Source of the DNA: Longimicrobiales bacterium
Lineage (GTDB): Bacteria; Gemmatimonadota; Gemmatimonadetes; Longimicrobiales; Gaopeijiaceae
Direction: 5' to 3'
NCBI GenBank assembly: GCA_965238005.1
Contig: OZ250165.1
Location: forward strand, 2,848,001 to 2,912,000
DNA: 64,000 nucleotides
Shown in pieces: positions 60,195 to 64,000 of the stretch. How positions within the stretch are numbered: position 1 is the first letter of the stretch; each line of letters opens with the position of its first letter. A program made the position numbers and the translations under genes. The notes beneath the pieces were generated by a model. The model saw only the letters and a list, made by a program, of their open reading frames with translations. It was not told the DNA's origin and did not search any database.

Positions 60195-61612
60195 GATGCA
60201 CCTCCGAGATTCTCTTCGAGCCAGCCCTCGTCGAGCTCGCCCACCGCCTTGGCGAGTTGGATCCGCGCCAGCACCGCCCCGTGCTCCACTTCACTGAGCG
60301 TGGCTCGCAGGGAGAGAAGGGTAGCCTCGGCCTGTAGATAGTCCGCCTGCACGCCGGTGCCGGTGTCGAGACGCAGCCGCTCGATCCGAGCCACTTCCGC
60401 GGAGCGGTCAACGGCCGTGTGAAGACTCGCCGCACGGGCCTCGGCTTCTTCTAGCGTCGCCAGCGCCCGGTCGACGCTCGCCGCCGCTCCGAGCTCGGCG
60501 AGACGTAGGTTCTCGTGTGAGGCCTCGCGGAGGGCCTCGGCGCGGGAAACACCGTGCCACAGGCTGCCACCGGTGAAGACGGGCACCGAGATGGCGAGGC
60601 CCACGTTCCACTCGGCGGTGAAGTGTCCGTCGAGGCTACCCTGGTCCACATAGGCCGCCTGAAGGCCCACGCTGGGCCTGCGGGCGCCCCGGGCGACGCC
60701 CACCGCGGCCTCGGCGGATGTGAGATCGTCCCTGGCGCGCTGGACGCCTGGGTTGGCGGCCAGGGATGTCGAGAACAGCCGAGTCCGATCGACGACGCTT
60801 CCTGCCTGGAGGGTGACCTCCTGCAACGCACGCTCGCTGAGGGAGCCGTCGGACAGGCCCATGAGCCGACCCAGGTCGCCCTCGGCCACTCGGCGCATAG
60901 TGACCGTCCGGACCCGGTCCGCGCGGGCGTCAGCCAGGGCCGCCTCGGCCCGAAGGACCTCCACCCGCGGAGCCCGCCCGACGGCCAGAAGATCCTGGAC
61001 CCGCTCGAGCTCCGACTGCAGGGCGGCGATGCGCTGGTCGTGGGCGTCCAGCTGATCCCGAGCCAAGAGTATGGCGAGATAGCTTGCGGCGACCTGGCCG
61101 ATGAGCTCCTGCCGGGCCGATCGAAGATCCCACTGGGCGCCCCTCGCCTGCGACTCCGACGCCGAGATACGGGCTCCCCTCGCACCGCCGTCGTAGACCG
61201 TGTAGCCGACCATGGCTCCGGCCTGGAAGAGCGTCTCGTCAAAGGGAGGGACGAGGGAAGGCTCGAAGCCATGAATGGGCGTGACGACCATGGGCTCGTC
61301 GAACTGCGTGGCGGTAGCGCGCATGCTCAGAGACGGGAAGCGCTCTCCCACGCTCACTCTGTGGGCCTCCTCGGCAGCTCTCTGGCGAGCGACTCCGCCC
61401 AGCAGGAAGGGGTGGGTGTCCAACGTCATCGCCACAGCCCGGGAGAGAGTCAGCGTGGCGTCGGAGGATGTACGGTCCGCTGCCTGGGCGGCCACGCTCT
61501 GCGCCGGCCCAACTATCCACGACATGGCGACGCTTGCCACGCCTGCCAGAACGTTCCGGAGCCTCGGCGAGTCGGCGCCCACCGCCCGCCACAGCCAAGC
61601 ACTCGAATTCAT
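60191..61612 (-). CDS. TolC-family outer membrane efflux protein
   Basis: Two OEP repeats (P.L...YDGG; PVFTGG); operon context. Confidence 0.9.
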   Translation of the reverse strand: MNSSAWLWRAVGADSPRLRNVLAGVASVAMSWIVGPAQSVAAQAADRTSSDATLTLSRAVAMTLDTHPFLLGGVARQRAAEEAHRVSVGERFPSLSMRATATQFDEPMVVTPIHGFEPSLVPPFDETLFQAGAMVGYTVYDGGARGARISASESQARGAQWDLRSARQELIGQVAASYLAILLARDQLDAHDQRIAALQSELERVQDLLAVGRAPRVEVLRAEAALADARADRVRTVTMRRVAEGDLGRLMGLSDGSLSERALQEVTLQAGSVVDRTRLFSTSLAANPGVQRARDDLTSAEAAVGVARGARRPSVGLQAAYVDQGSLDGHFTAEWNVGLAISVPVFTGGSLWHGVSRAEALREASHENLRLAELGAAASVDRALATLEEAEARAASLHTAVDRSAEVARIERLRLDTGTGVQADYLQAEATLLSLRATLSEVEHGAVLARIQLAKAVGELDEGWLEENLGGAS

Positions 61613-62223
61613 GATACCTCCTTGACGCTGAGCGCCCGTCCCACGAACTGCACTGCATGCTCCTCCGCCTGGCCCGCAGGCACACCGCCGGCGAAGCTGC
61701 CCGCCCGAGACAACAGCTGGCCCACCAAAGTCAGGTGGACGGGGAGGGCAATGATCCCGATAACCGTAGGGAGCATGTCCGACTCGAGGATGCTCCCGTC
61801 CTTCTGTCCCTCGCGAAGAAGGGTCGAGAGCGTTCCGATGACGTGCTGCATGGTCTCTTGGACCGGCTTGATAGGCTCGACTCCCGAGGTCACCTGCTGG
61901 AGCATGAAGTGAGGCATGTCCGGGTTCTCGCTCAGGTGGGCGAAGAAGGCCCGGACGACACCGTCGATCCTCTGAAGGGGCGTTCCCGGAACGGAGGCAG
62001 CCTCGGTGACTCGGCCTCTGAGGGGAGCGAGAGCGCTGTCCACCACGGCCTCGTACAGGCCTTCCTTACTTCCGAAGTGATACGTCACCGCCCCCAGGTT
62101 GGCGCGAGCCTCTCGTGTGATGGCCCGAACGGAGGCCCCCTCGTATCCCTGGCGCGAGAAGATCCGTCGTCCGGCCGTCCGCAGCCGGGTGGTCGTGTCG
62201 GTGTTCCGGGATGACTTGCCCAT
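61609..62223 (-). CDS. TetR-family regulator (CecR-like)
   Basis: FSRQGYEGASVRAITREARANLGAVTYHFGSKEGLY. Confidence 0.93.
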   Translation of the reverse strand: MGKSSRNTDTTTRLRTAGRRIFSRQGYEGASVRAITREARANLGAVTYHFGSKEGLYEAVVDSALAPLRGRVTEAASVPGTPLQRIDGVVRAFFAHLSENPDMPHFMLQQVTSGVEPIKPVQETMQHVIGTLSTLLREGQKDGSILESDMLPTVIGIIALPVHLTLVGQLLSRAGSFAGGVPAGQAEEHAVQFVGRALSVKEVS

Positions 62224-62240
62224 GTCGATCCTTAGACTAA

Positions 62241-62352
62241 TTCAAACGTTCGTATTAATATACGCAATGAGGAGTGTTTATCAAGGAAAATATCCCCAAA
62301 TGTCTCTCTTGATCGGATCAATGGTCAAACGGATGGTCAAACGATCGTATGA
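62241..62352. promoter_or_regulatory. Two near-palindromic putative TetR operators
   Basis: TCAAACGTTCGTATTA (62242) and TCAAACGATCGTATGA (62337). Confidence 0.65.
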
Positions 62353-62568
62353 GTCGGCCCTGGGCCGGTAGTGGCGGAGTGCCAAAGCAGGATCGATTAA
62401 TCCGGCACCACGGGACGCTTGGGTTAGCGACTCCGTCTCCCCCTGAATCCTTTCGCCGGGGCCCGCGCGTATTAGAATTACCAGGGCGATCGCAACCTTC
62501 GGAACACGAGCGACGTCAAACAGTACGTAGAGAAGTTGTTGGTTGGGTCCCGTTCGGGTGTGGATGCC

Positions 62569-62937
62569 ATGCTGTCTTGGTTACCGGCTGCGATTTTGGC
62601 TGTCGTCCTCGGAGGTTTCGGCCTCCGGAGAGCCTGGGTGGGGCGTAAGCAGAGGTTGATCGCCGCCCGACGTGTGGTGGAGCGCCCAAACTCCTTCTAC
62701 GCGTCCAAGGGCGTCCAGGATCAAGAGGACGAAGAGTGGTGGCGCCGCATCAGGCTCGAACGTCTCCATGAGGTGAACCGGGAGTACGTCGAGCGGCTCC
62801 TCGGCCAGATCGACGGTGCCGGCGTCGACACCCTCACTCGGGAAGAGCGCGCCTTCATGGAGCGCATGGCCAATCTGGAAGCACCTCCCCGTGGAGCCGT
62901 ACGCCCCGAGCCCGACCCCTGGCCCTCTCCGGCCTGA
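62569..62937 (+). CDS. Small membrane-anchored protein with DUF6576-like C-terminus
   Basis: N-terminal TM; VERLLGQIDGAGVDTLTREERAFM. Confidence 0.65.
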   Translation: MLSWLPAAILAVVLGGFGLRRAWVGRKQRLIAARRVVERPNSFYASKGVQDQEDEEWWRRIRLERLHEVNREYVERLLGQIDGAGVDTLTREERAFMERMANLEAPPRGAVRPEPDPWPSPA

Positions 62938-63044
62938 GGCCTCTCTCTCCGCGAGCTCGAGCGACCCTCGAGCCCCGAGCAGACGGGCTTCCGGCCTCTA
63001 TACCCGGATAGCACGGCCGCACGAACGCGGGTACCTTTCCCGCC

Positions 63045-64000
63045 GTGAGCCAGCCACAGCCGGACCGACGCCCGCGCCTCAGCAAGGTGCAAGCCCTCGA
63101 CCTCCTCGGGTCCCACTTCGGACTCGTGGGCGACGTCGCGTCCCTACCGAGCGAGCGCGATCAGAACTTCCGTGTAGTGTCCGATCGAGGGGACCGGTTC
63201 GTTCTGAAGATCGCCCACCCCGACGTGCCCACGGCTCTTCTGGAGCTCCAAGCCGACGCCTTGGCGTTCCTGGCCGAGCGGGACATCGGCGTCGATCTCC
63301 CCAGGATCGTACCGACCACGACCGGGGATAGCGGCTTTGCCGCCCCTGGCGACGACGGAGCCACGCACTGGGTGCGACTCCTCACCTACGTCGAGGGTGA
63401 GATCATGGGGACCGTCCGGCCCAGGACGCCTTCCCTCCTGGAGTCTTTCGGCGAAGCGATGGGCCGCCTAGACGCAGCGCTCTCCGAATTCGACCACCCG
63501 GCCGCGGTCCGCCCGGACTTCCAGTGGGATCTGACCCGCGCCCACCAGGTCATGGACGCCAACCTCTCCCATATCCGAAAAAAGGAGCGGGGAGCCCGGG
63601 TCGAGGCGGTCGGACGCGAATTCGAGACCGTCGTAGTGCCGCTCCTACCCGAGGTGCCGAGGAGCGTCATCCACAACGACGCCAACGACTACAACGTTCT
63701 CGTCGGTCCTCCCACACCGGAGGGACGGACGGTCGTCGGACTCGTGGACTTCGGGGACGCTCTCGAGAGCGCGACCGTGTGTGACTTGGCCATAGGCGCC
63801 GCCTACGCCCTCTTCGGGGCGTCCGACCCTATGGCCGCCATGATCTCGGTGGTGCGCGGGTACCATCGCGTTCGTCCCCTCACCGAGACGGAGCTGGAGA
63901 TTCTCTTCACCCTCGTCCGGGCGCGGCTGGGCGTGAGCGTCAGCATCTCCGCCTCCCGGGGTGGAGAGGATTCGGATGACTCGTACCTGACGATCAGCGA
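63045..64000 (+). CDS. APH-fold phosphotransferase (hydroxylysine-kinase-like), runs off window end
   Basis: Translated by hand from GTG 63045: LPSERDQNF, FVLKI, VIHNDANDYNVLV, VDFGD. Confidence 0.88.
   Translation, partial: MSQPQPDRRPRLSKVQALDLLGSHFGLVGDVASLPSERDQNFRVVSDRGDRFVLKIAHPDVPTALLELQADALAFLAERDIGVDLPRIVPTTTGDSGFAAPGDDGATHWVRLLTYVEGEIMGTVRPRTPSLLESFGEAMGRLDAALSEFDHPAAVRPDFQWDLTRAHQVMDANLSHIRKKERGARVEAVGREFETVVVPLLPEVPRSVIHNDANDYNVLVGPPTPEGRTVVGLVDFGDALESATVCDLAIGAAYALFGASDPMAAMISVVRGYHRVRPLTETELEILFTLVRARLGVSVSISASRGGEDSDDSYLTIS

Noticed and set aside
74..63866. Many long antisense or alternate-frame ORFs (for example 74..1045, 2100..3485, 10236..11738, 52661..54595, 60554..61912)
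   Set aside because: Shadow ORFs of real genes, expected in high-GC DNA; no recognisable motifs.

Overview
GC-rich bacterial chromosomal segment. The gene repertoire (many secreted S9 peptidases, amidohydrolases, BNR/VPS10 protein, LysC-LysA fusion, RCC1-repeat protein) suggests Gemmatimonadota or similar; this is inference only. Core genes include hemB-hemE, lysAC, a CDF exporter, ATL, a DAACS symporter and a TetR-TolC-HlyD-ABC efflux operon. A five-gene operon encodes a Tat-exported PaoABC-like molybdoenzyme plus an FdnI-like cytochrome b and a small unknown protein; it is the best candidate for a poorly described system. Between these are an intact IS1182 with a CTAG target duplication, a decaying catabolic island (~31.3-43.8 kb: split peptide ABC transporter, CocE, lactonase, deacylase, SDR, IS1380 and IS6 remnants, two promoters sharing an operator) and many clipped gene fragments, some joined at microhomologies. 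No rRNA, tRNA, CRISPR array or integrase was recognised. All family calls come from motif recognition, not database searches.
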